From an uncultured Erysipelotrichaceae bacterium (GTDB lineage Bacteria; Bacillota_I; Bacilli_A; Erysipelotrichales; Erysipelotrichaceae), in the NCBI GenBank assembly GCA_900315065.1, contig OMXQ01000006.1, positions 7,100 through 71,099 of the forward strand: 64,000 nucleotides of DNA, in the 5' to 3' direction. Below the pieces are notes generated by a model. It ran no database searches. It saw only the letters and a program-made list of their open reading frames with translations, and was not told the origin of the DNA. This document shows, in pieces, positions 26,698 to 36,262 of the stretch. Made by a program: the position numbers and the translations under genes. Positions within the stretch are counted from its first letter, which is position 1, and every line of letters starts with the position of its first letter.

Positions 26698-27306
26698 TTA
26701 TGAATGTGATACGCCGAATTTTGTTTCCAGCTGTGCGATTGCTTCTTCTTCGGTTGTCCAGTCGTCGCCGATGAGTTTCCAGTTATGGTTCGCATCGTCA
26801 CCACGGAACAGCTGAGCGTTTAAGCTCTGGCTCTGCCAGTCGATTTCTTCTTCCTGTGTGGCTGCCGCTGTCTGAATCGGATCGTATTTTGTTTTGCACA
26901 AAATGTGCGGCGTGAAAATCTCCTGATCATTGCACATGTAGCGCACTACGTAACCGGTGCCGAGATATGGCGCCTTCTGGTCGTCGCCGTATGGTGTCCA
27001 GCCGTCTTCGGACGCTTCCGGCAGGCCCATCATCATGCGCTCCGCGTCAATGAATAAGCCTTTAACGGTAAACGCCGCCGTGCCGCCCGTGAACTTTCCG
27101 CCGGCGCTTTCAGACTGCTGGTTGTCTGTGAAATATTTATTGTCTTCGGATGCTTCCGGAGACAAATTAACATCAACGGCACCGGAAGCCACACGGCCAT
27201 TGCTGTATGTAACCACACCAGCATTCGCCGCATAATTCGCGACCATGAAATGAGAAAAGCCTGTAACGACTTTCCCGGTTTCGGGCATATTTGTTACTTT
27301 GCTCAT
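26698..27306 (-). CDS. Major tail (tube) protein, phi13-like
   Basis: TYSNG, NKYFTDNQQSES, PYLGTGYVVRY, TQEEEIDWQ motifs. Confidence 0.82.
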   Translation of the reverse strand: MSKVTNMPETGKVVTGFSHFMVANYAANAGVVTYSNGRVASGAVDVNLSPEASEDNKYFTDNQQSESAGGKFTGGTAAFTVKGLFIDAERMMMGLPEASEDGWTPYGDDQKAPYLGTGYVVRYMCNDQEIFTPHILCKTKYDPIQTAAATQEEEIDWQSQSLNAQLFRGDDANHNWKLIGDDWTTEEEAIAQLETKFGVSHS

Positions 27307-27312
27307 ATCGTC

Positions 27313-27807
27313 TTATCCTTTCATTATCTTTTTGATTTCTTCATCGAGTGTATCGGACATTTTCTGCTCAGCTTCGGCGCGTTTCGATGAAACGGCCGGC
27401 GATATGACCGGCTGCTTACTCCGCCAACTGGTGCCCGATTCCAGGGAACGAATGATCAGCGCGTTTGGCTGTCCATTCGGGTATTTCTTCGTCCGGGTTC
27501 GGTTGTACCCGTCCATGCCTACCTTTACATGCAGATAACCGTTTTCGCTGCGCGCTTTCGAAATGCCTAAACCTTCAAGAAGGCCGGCGCGCTGTACGCT
27601 TGTCAATCCGGTAACAGGGTCCTCAGATGTTCCGAGTTTGCTGTCTGAATGTACCGGCACGGCCGCAATGTTTTTGCGTATCTGATCGGTGATAACACCG
27701 GCGCCGGGATATATCGCTTTTCCCAAAATTTTAAGCGTGTCCGCTTCCAGCTTTACCAGCTGGTCGACATATTCCTGCGCGCCTTTTCCGACTGTGAACT
27801 TGGCCAT
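27313..27807 (-). CDS. HK97 gp10-like neck/tail-completion protein
   Basis: KAIYPGAGVITDQIR, GQPNALIIRSLESGTS; position. Confidence 0.7.
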   Translation of the reverse strand: MAKFTVGKGAQEYVDQLVKLEADTLKILGKAIYPGAGVITDQIRKNIAAVPVHSDSKLGTSEDPVTGLTSVQRAGLLEGLGISKARSENGYLHVKVGMDGYNRTRTKKYPNGQPNALIIRSLESGTSWRSKQPVISPAVSSKRAEAEQKMSDTLDEEIKKIMKG

Positions 27808-27811
27808 GCTG

Positions 27812-28147
27812 TTAATGGATCCAGAATTCCCACTCGTAATGGATCAGCTCCGTTTCGTCTTCGTACTGCGTGCTATTGAGCCGCCAGGCGATCCGATCGG
27901 CGTTATTGAGCGCCGTTTGCACATCGTCCGCCAGTGTATCGAATTCGATACGGGTAAACAGATCCACCGTGCCGTGAATTTCCTGTTCAGATTTCCGGTT
28001 ATTCATGTTTGCACTGCTGCTTTCTTCCGATTCCTGCCAAACGATATACCGGTTGCCGGCGTCGTTTCCTTTGGTGTAGTGATACACCTTTCCGGAAGTC
28101 TGCAGAAGTGCGTCGCGTACCATTTTCAGCTTATCGGATAACGTCAT
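27812..28147 (-). CDS. Putative tail terminator
   Basis: YIVWQE, TVDLFT, QYEDETELIHYEW; position. Confidence 0.65.
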   Translation of the reverse strand: MTLSDKLKMVRDALLQTSGKVYHYTKGNDAGNRYIVWQESEESSSANMNNRKSEQEIHGTVDLFTRIEFDTLADDVQTALNNADRIAWRLNSTQYEDETELIHYEWEFWIH

Positions 28148-28475
28148 AATGGTTCTCCAGTCTGGCCAAGGTCATATCGTAAACCGTCAGGCCGTCCTCG
28201 TCCGCCGTCAGTGTGACATTATCAACGCGGTACTGCGTTTCGTTGTCCACAATGACATAATGGCCGATGCGCGGCCGGATATCTTCCGCCCATATCCGCA
28301 CAAGCAGGTCCACCTGTTCGTTTACGGATTTCGCAGCATATTGCCGGTTATATCCGATCGTCCTTTCGCCATACCACTGCTGCGCCAGCGGGTTTAATTT
28401 TTGCAGCGGTTTATTGCCGGGTTCGGCAATGTTCACCAGCTCGCAGATTGTCAAAAGCCCTGAATCAAGAAGCAT
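28131..28475 (-). CDS. Head closure/head-tail adaptor
   Basis: MLLDSGLLTI...QYRVDNV; position; overlaps neighbours. Confidence 0.65.
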   Translation of the reverse strand: MLLDSGLLTICELVNIAEPGNKPLQKLNPLAQQWYGERTIGYNRQYAAKSVNEQVDLLVRIWAEDIRPRIGHYVIVDNETQYRVDNVTLTADEDGLTVYDMTLARLENHYDVIR

Positions 28476-28785
28476 CGGCCTTCGCCTGCGCTTTCTCACT
28501 CAGTACGCGATTGTTTAACCGATACCGCAGATATCGCGGCATCTTGCTGTCGTCGCCGTCTTTCGCGCGTTTCCTGTACAGATAGGCGGCATACATGGAA
28601 ACGGTCAGCAGATCGTCGGCGCTTTCGTCGTCAATTGTGACGCCTTCGCGTTTGATCTCCGTACGCGCGGAAGAAATAAGGCTCTGCAGGTATTTTTTCT
28701 GCAGAGCCGGCATATTCTCCGTTTTGCCGAGATCAACCATCAGCAGTTCGAGTATTTCGGCGTCTTTCTCGTTAGTCTCGGCCAT
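28465..28785 (-). CDS. Head-tail connector protein
   Basis: YAAYLYRKR...MPRYLRYRLNNR; directly after capsid. Confidence 0.7.
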   Translation of the reverse strand: MAETNEKDAEILELLMVDLGKTENMPALQKKYLQSLISSARTEIKREGVTIDDESADDLLTVSMYAAYLYRKRAKDGDDSKMPRYLRYRLNNRVLSEKAQAKADAS

Positions 28786-28798
28786 AATGCGTCACCTC

Positions 28799-30229
28799 TT
28801 AGTCGCCTTCGTTCGCTTCATCAGCCGGGAAGGTTACAGATGTTGTCGGGGTATTTCCGTTAATGTTCAGGATACCGAAAGCCTTCGCAATTACCGGTTT
28901 GCCATCATAGCGGGCAATGCCGCGGAATACGGTACGGTTTTTCAGGAAGCGAACATGTTCGGACTGGCCGACGCTGATTCCTTCACGCTCAGCCATGAGA
29001 TATGCGCCGAGATATCCGAAGGCCACGTCTCCGTCAGCCATGAACGGAAGCTCGACAATGCCACCGCCAAGAACCGGCATAGTGTCGTTTACAGCCGCGA
29101 CGATTGCAGCGTTTGCGTTCTTGTCCATGGATTCAGCCACAAGTTTGCGGTGCGTCTTTCTGTTGCAGATATATACCATTTCGTCGCTGAAATAATCATT
29201 ATCTGCGCAGCCGGTTTTTTCCACGATTTCCTTAAACAGTGCCAGGCCTGTTTTTCCGGTAATTGTGATGATGTTGGATGTATGAAGGTCTTCCCACGGC
29301 TCTGCAGCTGTCGGATATCCTGCAGGTTTTGCTGTCTGTGCCAGACGGGTAACAAAACCTGTCGGCATCTTTACGCCTGTGCCGTACACGCCGGCCTTGT
29401 CGTATGCCTTGCCGATTGCTTTTCCGAGTGCTTCAAGAACAATGCCGGCCAGGTCTTCGTCGCTGTCCTGCAGTGTCGCGTTGCATACCTCGAAGAAACC
29501 TGCGCATTCATAGGCATCCACCTCTGTTTCATTGAAACCAAGGGACAGCTCGTTAAGCTCGCCGCATACCTCTGTCCATACAGCTTCCGGAATGTCGCCC
29601 ATAACGACCTGGCGTGTAGTTCCGCGCACGTTCTGGTTGTTGAAATATGCGTAGAGCTTGGAAGTTACGGTGATTTCCTGGCGGAGCATTGGAAGTGCAA
29701 CATCCGGAATGTTCAGCCCTGCATTTTCCAGCGCTCTGCGTTCCCTGATGCAAGTGCGGATCTGTTCCAGCCAGCCCTTGACTTCGTCGCGCTTTACAAA
29801 AGCGGCGCGCTGTTCGAATGTCATGTTTCTGTATCTTTTTGCAGTCATAAAATTTCTAGTCCTTTCTTCACCTGTTGCGGTATCTGTGTTTGTTGCTTCC
29901 GGCTCTGCCTGCTGTGCTGCAGGCTGTGCCGGGCGCGGTTCGTTTGCGGCTTCGATTTCCTGCAGTTCCGCTTCCATTTCATTGATTGAATTCTGCAGAT
30001 TTTCGGAAGCCTTCGCGTTGTTGTTCACTTCGTTATCGAAGTTTTCGACCTCTGTTTCCAGTGTCTGGCGGTCTTCGTCTGTCAGATCGGTGCGCGTTTC
30101 AGCTTCGTGAATCGCTGTTTCCAGCTCTGCACGTCTGGCTTCGAAGGCCTGCGCTGCTGTTCTCAGCTGTTCCAGCTGCGCGTTTGCAGCCTGAATACGG
30201 CTGCGCAGTAAAATAGCTCTAAGGCTCAT
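28799..30229 (-). CDS. Major capsid protein, HK97 family, with N-terminal coiled scaffolding domain
   Basis: AVWTEVCGEL, GTGVKMPTG, VFRGIARYDGKP; start at MSLRAILL. Confidence 0.92.
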   Translation of the reverse strand: MSLRAILLRSRIQAANAQLEQLRTAAQAFEARRAELETAIHEAETRTDLTDEDRQTLETEVENFDNEVNNNAKASENLQNSINEMEAELQEIEAANEPRPAQPAAQQAEPEATNTDTATGEERTRNFMTAKRYRNMTFEQRAAFVKRDEVKGWLEQIRTCIRERRALENAGLNIPDVALPMLRQEITVTSKLYAYFNNQNVRGTTRQVVMGDIPEAVWTEVCGELNELSLGFNETEVDAYECAGFFEVCNATLQDSDEDLAGIVLEALGKAIGKAYDKAGVYGTGVKMPTGFVTRLAQTAKPAGYPTAAEPWEDLHTSNIITITGKTGLALFKEIVEKTGCADNDYFSDEMVYICNRKTHRKLVAESMDKNANAAIVAAVNDTMPVLGGGIVELPFMADGDVAFGYLGAYLMAEREGISVGQSEHVRFLKNRTVFRGIARYDGKPVIAKAFGILNINGNTPTTSVTFPADEANEGD

Positions 30230-30840
30230 TCTTCTGTTTCTCCTTTCAATTTGTTGAGAAGTCTTGCCGCCCATGTCTTGCGCTGCTTGTTCCGGATTTC
30301 TTCAAGATCGCGCTTTCTGGCGGATACGGCTGTACTTTCGTACGCCGGGAATGTACATATCGAAACTTCGTAGAGCTTCACTTCTTTGATCGTCCAGTGT
30401 GCGGATCCATCCTCGCGGAATTCGGCTTCCTCGTCGAGAATGTCAAAGCCGAAAGAGCACTGGTTAACGTCGCCGCGCTCAACGCGGGCCAATGCGTTCA
30501 TGGCGTCGCTATCGTTCGGATTGATGATGACGCTACCCCATAAGCCGTGCGAATCCACCCGGAGTTCACCGGTATGCGCTGCGGTTCTGCCTAAAACCAG
30601 CCTCGTTTCGTGGTCGATCAAGAAGCGCACGTCGTCCGCGATCGCGTTGTCAAACGCGTGCGGGTCGATGCTTTCTGTCAGCCCTGGCCACATTTCGTAT
30701 GTATCGCCGAATACAGCGAAGTAGCCCTCTATGCGGCGCTCTCCGTTTTCTCCGGCGTTATCCCTGATCTGAAACTGTGACGAAACCGTGCGCATCTGCC
30801 TTCCGGTTCTCGCCGTAATCTTTTCCTGTTCTCTTGGCAT
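30226..30840 (-). CDS. HK97-type prohead maturation protease
   Basis: IEGYFAVF, FLIDHE, RGDVNQCSFGF, LYEVSICTFPAY. Confidence 0.92.
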   Translation of the reverse strand: MPREQEKITARTGRQMRTVSSQFQIRDNAGENGERRIEGYFAVFGDTYEMWPGLTESIDPHAFDNAIADDVRFLIDHETRLVLGRTAAHTGELRVDSHGLWGSVIINPNDSDAMNALARVERGDVNQCSFGFDILDEEAEFREDGSAHWTIKEVKLYEVSICTFPAYESTAVSARKRDLEEIRNKQRKTWAARLLNKLKGETEE

Positions 30841-30844
30841 TTGT

Positions 30845-32062
30845 TTATTCTCCTTCGCTGTCCTGAATCAGCTTTTTCTGTTTCCCGCTCATTGCTACCG
30901 GGATATAGTTTTCCAGCACCTTGCGTTCGTCCAATCCGTCAACTGGTGACATACCCAGACGGTCGCGTACTTCATTTCCGGAAACGTCGCCGCGGTCCTG
31001 CAGCATGCAGAACACTTTCGCGATTGTTTCCATATCGTAATCAAGCAAAGACAGCACGTTGAAACGCAGGTACCAGTTCGGCGAAAGTATCAGCTTCCTG
31101 GTCATTTCCTGCTCGATCGTCTTTGCCAGCGTCCGCAATTCTGTGTTTACAAAATTGTTCCATTCTGCACGGTTAAACTGCCCGATTCCCAAAACAAAAG
31201 GCGGCACGCCAAGAATGGCCGCCACCGTTCTTTTGTCAAGCTCCACGGTGTCTTTTATTGCCAGGTCCGCCAGGCTCAGCGGTCTGATCTGTTCGACGCT
31301 GAACTGATCTGCAGGAATAAGCCACGGCTCGCCGGCTTCTGCCGTATCGATGTAGCTTTCCAGCAGCTTTTTGCGGCCTTCCGGGCTTGCGAATTCTTCC
31401 GTTAAGCCGTCCACCTTCACGATAACGGAAGGCTTCCACTTGCTTTCCATGAATCCTTTTTCTGTAGCCGCTGCCTGTCGCAGATTTCCGGCCACGTCTT
31501 TAAGTACCACCTGCATGCCACGGCCGCGCCATGGCTGGTATGGATCCGGATTGTAAACGAAATGCAGAATGTCGTCCGGATCACGTGCCACGCCGTCAAT
31601 GTTTACAGTATAGGCATATCCGGAAGCGTCCGGCACAAGCGTGACACGGTTCGGCGGAATTGGATCCATGCTGTCGAGTAGTCCTTTTTTTGTGTTCACC
31701 CTTACGATGCTGTTACCTTTTCCGTATAGCAGCATGTTCATAATTACGATCGTCATAAAATTAACCCGGGTCATATACTTGTTCGGGTTTATGTCGATCA
31801 TCCGGGAAAGCTCGTTCTGTATCCGGATGTCGCCGTTGTCCGTGTTGCTCATCAAGTGAATAGTCATAGATGCCAGCAGGGATGCCTTTTTATAACAACC
31901 TGTTACGATTTCCGGTATCTGGTCCAGCCGCGTGTATCCGGATACGCAGAGCGTTTCGTATGCTTCCTTTGAAACAAGGAAACCGACCGAGTTTTTGGCG
32001 GCTGGTGTCGTCACTGTTTCCGTGTCTTCTCGTTTGTTGTATTTTCTTCTTCTTTTGCTCAT
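30845..32062 (-). CDS. Portal protein, HK97 family
   Basis: NMLLYGKGN, DDILHF, AAILGVPPFVLG, NEVRDRLGM. Confidence 0.92.
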   Translation of the reverse strand: MSKRRRKYNKREDTETVTTPAAKNSVGFLVSKEAYETLCVSGYTRLDQIPEIVTGCYKKASLLASMTIHLMSNTDNGDIRIQNELSRMIDINPNKYMTRVNFMTIVIMNMLLYGKGNSIVRVNTKKGLLDSMDPIPPNRVTLVPDASGYAYTVNIDGVARDPDDILHFVYNPDPYQPWRGRGMQVVLKDVAGNLRQAAATEKGFMESKWKPSVIVKVDGLTEEFASPEGRKKLLESYIDTAEAGEPWLIPADQFSVEQIRPLSLADLAIKDTVELDKRTVAAILGVPPFVLGIGQFNRAEWNNFVNTELRTLAKTIEQEMTRKLILSPNWYLRFNVLSLLDYDMETIAKVFCMLQDRGDVSGNEVRDRLGMSPVDGLDERKVLENYIPVAMSGKQKKLIQDSEGE

Positions 32063-33801
32063 TCTTCACCCCACCAGTTTTTCGCGCGACTGCTGCGCGC
32101 CATATTGTCCAGGTATCTGCAGCACCCGAATACCGATGCGTCGAAAAGATCGATGCGGTCATGCTCTCCGATTTTCTGGTATTGCACCATATCGTCGGTT
32201 TTTTCGATCGCGTGCACGTTCGAAATACAGTATTCGAATGCTTCGGAATGTAAATAGTAAAAGCGCCCGTCTTTTACGCGCTTCTCAATATGCCGGAAGC
32301 CTTCCGATTTCACGTAATAATATTGCGGCTGGTCTACCGTTTTGAACCCTGCGGCTTCCATGGCCATATAGAATTCCCGTGCGAATTTCCGGTCATGGCC
32401 AAGCTGCACAATTTTAAAGCCCAGCTTCCGCATGAATATAAACCAGTTCACAATATCAGAAATGTTCACCGTGGCGCCGCCGCAGATGGTCAGCCATCCA
32501 TCATCCTGCCAGCCGAAAAGCGGGATATTATCCTCGTCAGCTTTCCGCGCCGCTTGTGTAACCGGGAAGAATCCGTGCGTTATCACTATGTCGACGTCTT
32601 CCTTTTCGTAATGTCCATAAATCGCGCCGGCTGTCAGATCATAAAGTCGGGAAAGATCGGCGCCGCCGTACCACTTGATCGGCAGTTTCGCCAGCTGTTC
32701 AATGGTCCAGCTGTATTTCTGATCACTGGCTTTGAATTCTTCGAGGTCAAACCATGCCCGCATCGCGCTTGTATAAATGTCCAGGCTTCGTGATAAGAAG
32801 TCCTTCCGCTGCTGCGGGTCATTCTGCGCCTGCAGCGATTCCTGCAGCATGTCTGCCGGCCTGATCGTCACGCCATAAGACGGGTTCGCCTTTTCATGCT
32901 GTGCCGGGTCCGTATAGTCCACATTTCCCTTGTCGTCCTGATCTGCTTTTGACACAAAACAGAAAAGCGAATCATCCTGCACCGTTCCGTCCAGAATCTT
33001 TTCAGCATACTGCAGACGGCCATAACAGAAACTGTTCACATTGTCGCCGGCCGTAGTAATTCCGATCATCAGCTTGTTGGTATATGCCTTCATGGCTTCC
33101 TTGAATCGGTTGTATTGTGCCGGTTTCTTCATCGCCTGGATTTCGTCAGCGATTGCGATATTACAGTTAAAGGAATCCTGCGTATCCGGGTTGGCTGCCA
33201 GTGCTTCGATTTTTATTGAACCGTCCGGTCGCCCTTCGCTGTCATAAAACTGATACGTTATTGAATGCTCCGCGTTGTTATTCAGCACCCGGAATTCGTC
33301 AATAATACCCTGATATGTCAGCGTGTACAGGATCGCGTCGAATGATTCAAGGGACTGCTTTAAAGCGGCCGCAACAATGTAGATCGTGGCTCCGGATTTT
33401 CTTTCCAGCATTGCCAGACCAAAAGCCAGGCCGGCCACGAATGTGGTTTTCCCGTTCTTTCGCGGGATAAAGATAAAGGCTTCTTTATATCGGCGTTCCT
33501 TCGTGCCTTTGTAATAAAAGCCCACAAGGTTGTAAACGATAAAGCGTTGCCAGGGCTGCAGCATCAGCGGCTTGTTTACCAGCGGCGTGCCGTCCAGTGC
33601 TTCGCCTTTCTTGTGAACCATGAATTTCTGAATAATGTTTATCACAAGGTCCGGAGAACTCGGCCGCAGTTCTATGTCGTCGCGCTTCAAGTCTTCCAGG
33701 AAGCGCCGGCACTCTCGCACATTTCCGCCGGCTTTGATCTTTCCGGATACTACGTCCTCAGCGTACTGTAGGACTTCCTTTTTGAAAGATTTAGCAGTCA
33801 T
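32059..33801 (-). CDS. terL: Terminase large subunit
   Basis: IPRKNGKT Walker A, IADEIQ Walker B, GITTAG, YGGADLS, RIDLFDA nuclease motifs. Confidence 0.95.
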   Translation of the reverse strand: MTAKSFKKEVLQYAEDVVSGKIKAGGNVRECRRFLEDLKRDDIELRPSSPDLVINIIQKFMVHKKGEALDGTPLVNKPLMLQPWQRFIVYNLVGFYYKGTKERRYKEAFIFIPRKNGKTTFVAGLAFGLAMLERKSGATIYIVAAALKQSLESFDAILYTLTYQGIIDEFRVLNNNAEHSITYQFYDSEGRPDGSIKIEALAANPDTQDSFNCNIAIADEIQAMKKPAQYNRFKEAMKAYTNKLMIGITTAGDNVNSFCYGRLQYAEKILDGTVQDDSLFCFVSKADQDDKGNVDYTDPAQHEKANPSYGVTIRPADMLQESLQAQNDPQQRKDFLSRSLDIYTSAMRAWFDLEEFKASDQKYSWTIEQLAKLPIKWYGGADLSRLYDLTAGAIYGHYEKEDVDIVITHGFFPVTQAARKADEDNIPLFGWQDDGWLTICGGATVNISDIVNWFIFMRKLGFKIVQLGHDRKFAREFYMAMEAAGFKTVDQPQYYYVKSEGFRHIEKRVKDGRFYYLHSEAFEYCISNVHAIEKTDDMVQYQKIGEHDRIDLFDASVFGCCRYLDNMARSSRAKNWWGEE

Positions 33802-34537
33802 ACGGCTGCACCTCATCGAAAGAACGATCAAACGATATAATGCCGTCGAAAATTTCTTTATACCAGTGTGCCAGTTCTGTATCTGTCGTGATTACTGTCT
33901 GCTCTGTTCTCGGGTTTGTATTTACGTTCGCGCTGGATTCTATAACGGCGTCAAAACGATCTCCAAGCAAAACCATGATCTTGGAATGATTCCGGAAGAT
34001 GCACAAGCGGCCGCCGTATTTCTTTTCCAGCGCCACAACGGCTTCATATTCTGCCGTGTATGATCCGCGGAAGATTTCGCCGCAGTAAAAATCCACGCGG
34101 TCGATATATCCGTATTTCAGCCAGTGTTCTATTTCCGTTACGTCTTCCATGGCCATACACCACGTGGATATAAACGCGTACCGGATGTGCTGCTGTTTTA
34201 CGACGGCCCTAAAATATGTCAGGCTGTCAACGTCTCCCCAGCTCATGCAGTGATATGAAACGCCAGGCTCAAAATGCCAGGGCAGTTCTTTTTCCAGATT
34301 GGCTTCGGATAGTATGCGGCGCATTTTATGGCCGGATATTGTTTTCTTAACCTTTACGCTGCTGTTTAACTCCTGTTTTTGTAACGGCGTCAGCTCGTCG
34401 CCGTCGTCTTTCTTTTCCGGCTCGATCTCGTATGAGGTTCCGCCGGCGCCATCGTTGAATATGTAATTATCCAAGGAAGGCGCAGTATTCAGAAAATCAT
34501 CCAGCGACGGGATGATAGCTTCTTTCTTTCTGCTCAT
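33791..34537 (-). CDS. Phospholipase D-superfamily (HxK...SxN) protein between terS and terL
   Basis: RNHSKIMVLL-x7-ESSANVNTNPRTE; translationally coupled on both sides. Confidence 0.6.
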   Translation of the reverse strand: MSRKKEAIIPSLDDFLNTAPSLDNYIFNDGAGGTSYEIEPEKKDDGDELTPLQKQELNSSVKVKKTISGHKMRRILSEANLEKELPWHFEPGVSYHCMSWGDVDSLTYFRAVVKQQHIRYAFISTWCMAMEDVTEIEHWLKYGYIDRVDFYCGEIFRGSYTAEYEAVVALEKKYGGRLCIFRNHSKIMVLLGDRFDAVIESSANVNTNPRTEQTVITTDTELAHWYKEIFDGIISFDRSFDEVQPYDC

Positions 34538-34893
34538 TCGCTCAGGTCTTTAAGGATATCGCCAAAACCGCGTTTCTGTTTCTTCATGCTGTTTTCGTCG
34601 ATCCGTTTCAATCCGGCAGGAGTTAAGCCGAGGTCGCGCCAGTAGGCCAGCGCTGTTTTCTCGCATGCGTCGATAATCAAAAGTGCCGGATTTCTTTCCA
34701 GGTTCTTGGCACCGGCTTTGTTTGTATGAACAACCACCGGTTTTCCGCCTGTCTGCTTGTATTGTTCCAGCGCGTCGTCGCGTCTGGCTAGAATGTCCGC
34801 CAGCTGCGCGATCGGTATATCAAAGTACGGCCTGTAGGTTCCGGCTTCCTCGCATGCGGCTTTTATTTTCTTTTTCCATCCGTTTTTCTTCAT
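34534..34893 (-). CDS. terS: Terminase small subunit, P27 family
   Basis: GTYRPYFD, HTNKAGAKN, NPAL, LGLTPAGLKRI. Confidence 0.88.
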   Translation of the reverse strand: MKKNGWKKKIKAACEEAGTYRPYFDIPIAQLADILARRDDALEQYKQTGGKPVVVHTNKAGAKNLERNPALLIIDACEKTALAYWRDLGLTPAGLKRIDENSMKKQKRGFGDILKDLSE

Positions 34894-34912
34894 GCCGTCC
34901 CCTTTCTGTTGT

Positions 34913-36166
34913 TTAATTTGAGTTAGATAACCGCCGGACGATCTCTTTTTCCCGCTCGGATAGATCCCACTTGTATGCCGTAGCCTTTTCAGCGGCGGCC
35001 TTTTCAGCGGCGGCCTTTTCGGCGGCGGCCTTTTCGGCGGCGGCCTTTTCGGCGGCTTTCTGTTCAGATATCAGATAACCGTTTCCGAATATGGCCTTGC
35101 CGTATTCTTTCTGCATGTCCAGCGCGCTGATCCGCTCCGTTTCTGATAAGCTGGCGGAAAACTGCACGCCGTGTTTGCTCAGGTATTGAAGGCCGGCAGC
35201 TGTCACTACATAATCCGGATATGAATATTTCGGCAGCTCCGTTCTGTTCTGCTTTCGGTTTTCTTCGTCCGCAGCCTTTACAGCTTCGTAAAGGTCCGGC
35301 GCCGATCGGAAGCGTTTCCCGTCTTCCAGGTTTGTAATAAATGATGTTGCGACGACGGCTCCGTTTTCATATGTAACCGGCGCACCGACGACAACGGCAC
35401 AGGAAGAAGAAGAAGAAGAAAAGATGGTCAGCGACGGTGCGAAAAGAAAAAAGCGGATATTCCGCTCCGTGTAAAATCGCACGATTTCCGCCAGAATCGA
35501 AAACGGCGGATTGTCCATCACGATGCAACCAGGCGGGTATTTTTCGTTTGTATAGTCCCCCCCCGGATAGAACGGCCGTATGAACGTCGCCGGGTTCACA
35601 TTGTACTCATTCTGCACCCATCCGGATATTGCATTGTACACGATCGCCGGCGTATAACAGTCGTCCGTTGTTTTCTTTTGTTCGAATTTATCCACGAAAT
35701 TGTTATATTCTTCGTTTCCGTCTTCGTGGCTTTTTCCTTCCTGTTCTCTGTCTTTGAACCATTCGTTATCGGCCTGCAGTTTATCCGGATCGAAAGCGAA
35801 AAGGCTCATATCGATATCTGTTATTTCCGCCAGTTCTTCGCCAAGCAGCTGCAGATCCCAGCAGGCAAGCTCTGCCGTTTTGTTATCGGCAAGCCTGAAC
35901 GCCTTTATCTGTTCATCGCTCAGATCGTCAGCTATGACGCAAGGCACGGTTTTAAGTCCCAGCCGGCTAGCGGCTTTTAGCCTGGTATGTCCGGCAACGA
36001 TTACATTGTTCCGGTCAATGACGATCGGTACCTTAAATCCGAATTCTTTTATACTGGCGGCCGTCGCATCCACTGCCGCGTCGTTCTTTCGCGGGTTTTT
36101 CGCGTACGGTATAAGCTCCGTAATATTTACGTCGTATATCTGCATTTCTGGTCCTTTCTCAGCCAA
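34913..36166 (-). CDS. ParB-like N-terminal domain fused to a putative N6-adenine DNA methyltransferase
   Basis: PYAKNPRKN...FGFKVPIV...IVAGHTR ParB motifs; DDCYTP and DNPPFS motifs. Confidence 0.75.
   Translation of the reverse strand: MAEKGPEMQIYDVNITELIPYAKNPRKNDAAVDATAASIKEFGFKVPIVIDRNNVIVAGHTRLKAASRLGLKTVPCVIADDLSDEQIKAFRLADNKTAELACWDLQLLGEELAEITDIDMSLFAFDPDKLQADNEWFKDREQEGKSHEDGNEEYNNFVDKFEQKKTTDDCYTPAIVYNAISGWVQNEYNVNPATFIRPFYPGGDYTNEKYPPGCIVMDNPPFSILAEIVRFYTERNIRFFLFAPSLTIFSSSSSSCAVVVGAPVTYENGAVVATSFITNLEDGKRFRSAPDLYEAVKAADEENRKQNRTELPKYSYPDYVVTAAGLQYLSKHGVQFSASLSETERISALDMQKEYGKAIFGNGYLISEQKAAEKAAAEKAAAEKAAAEKAAAEKATAYKWDLSEREKEIVRRLSNSN
34983..35057 (-). repeat. Five tandem 15-bp repeats encoding (AAEKA)n
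   Basis: GCCTTTTCRGCGGCG x5, in frame. Confidence 0.95.
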
Positions 36167-36262
36167 TACCCCCTCGGCTTCAAAATCCGGCGCACTTGGA
36201 AATTTTGACCCGCGCCATTAAGCAAGCCGTTTTAACTCCGCCGCGGGGCGGGGGGGATACTG
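36167..36262. other. Probable cos/packaging region
   Basis: Non-coding gap between HNH and the packaging operon with CCCCCCGCCCC and GGGGG runs; HNH plus P27 terS layout typical of cos phages. Confidence 0.5.

Noticed and set aside
28595-29989. 464-aa + strand ORF and similar long antisense ORFs (4187-5041, 43369-44292, 44289-45125)
   Set aside because: Shadows of well-supported genes on the opposite strand; no SD or recognisable motifs.
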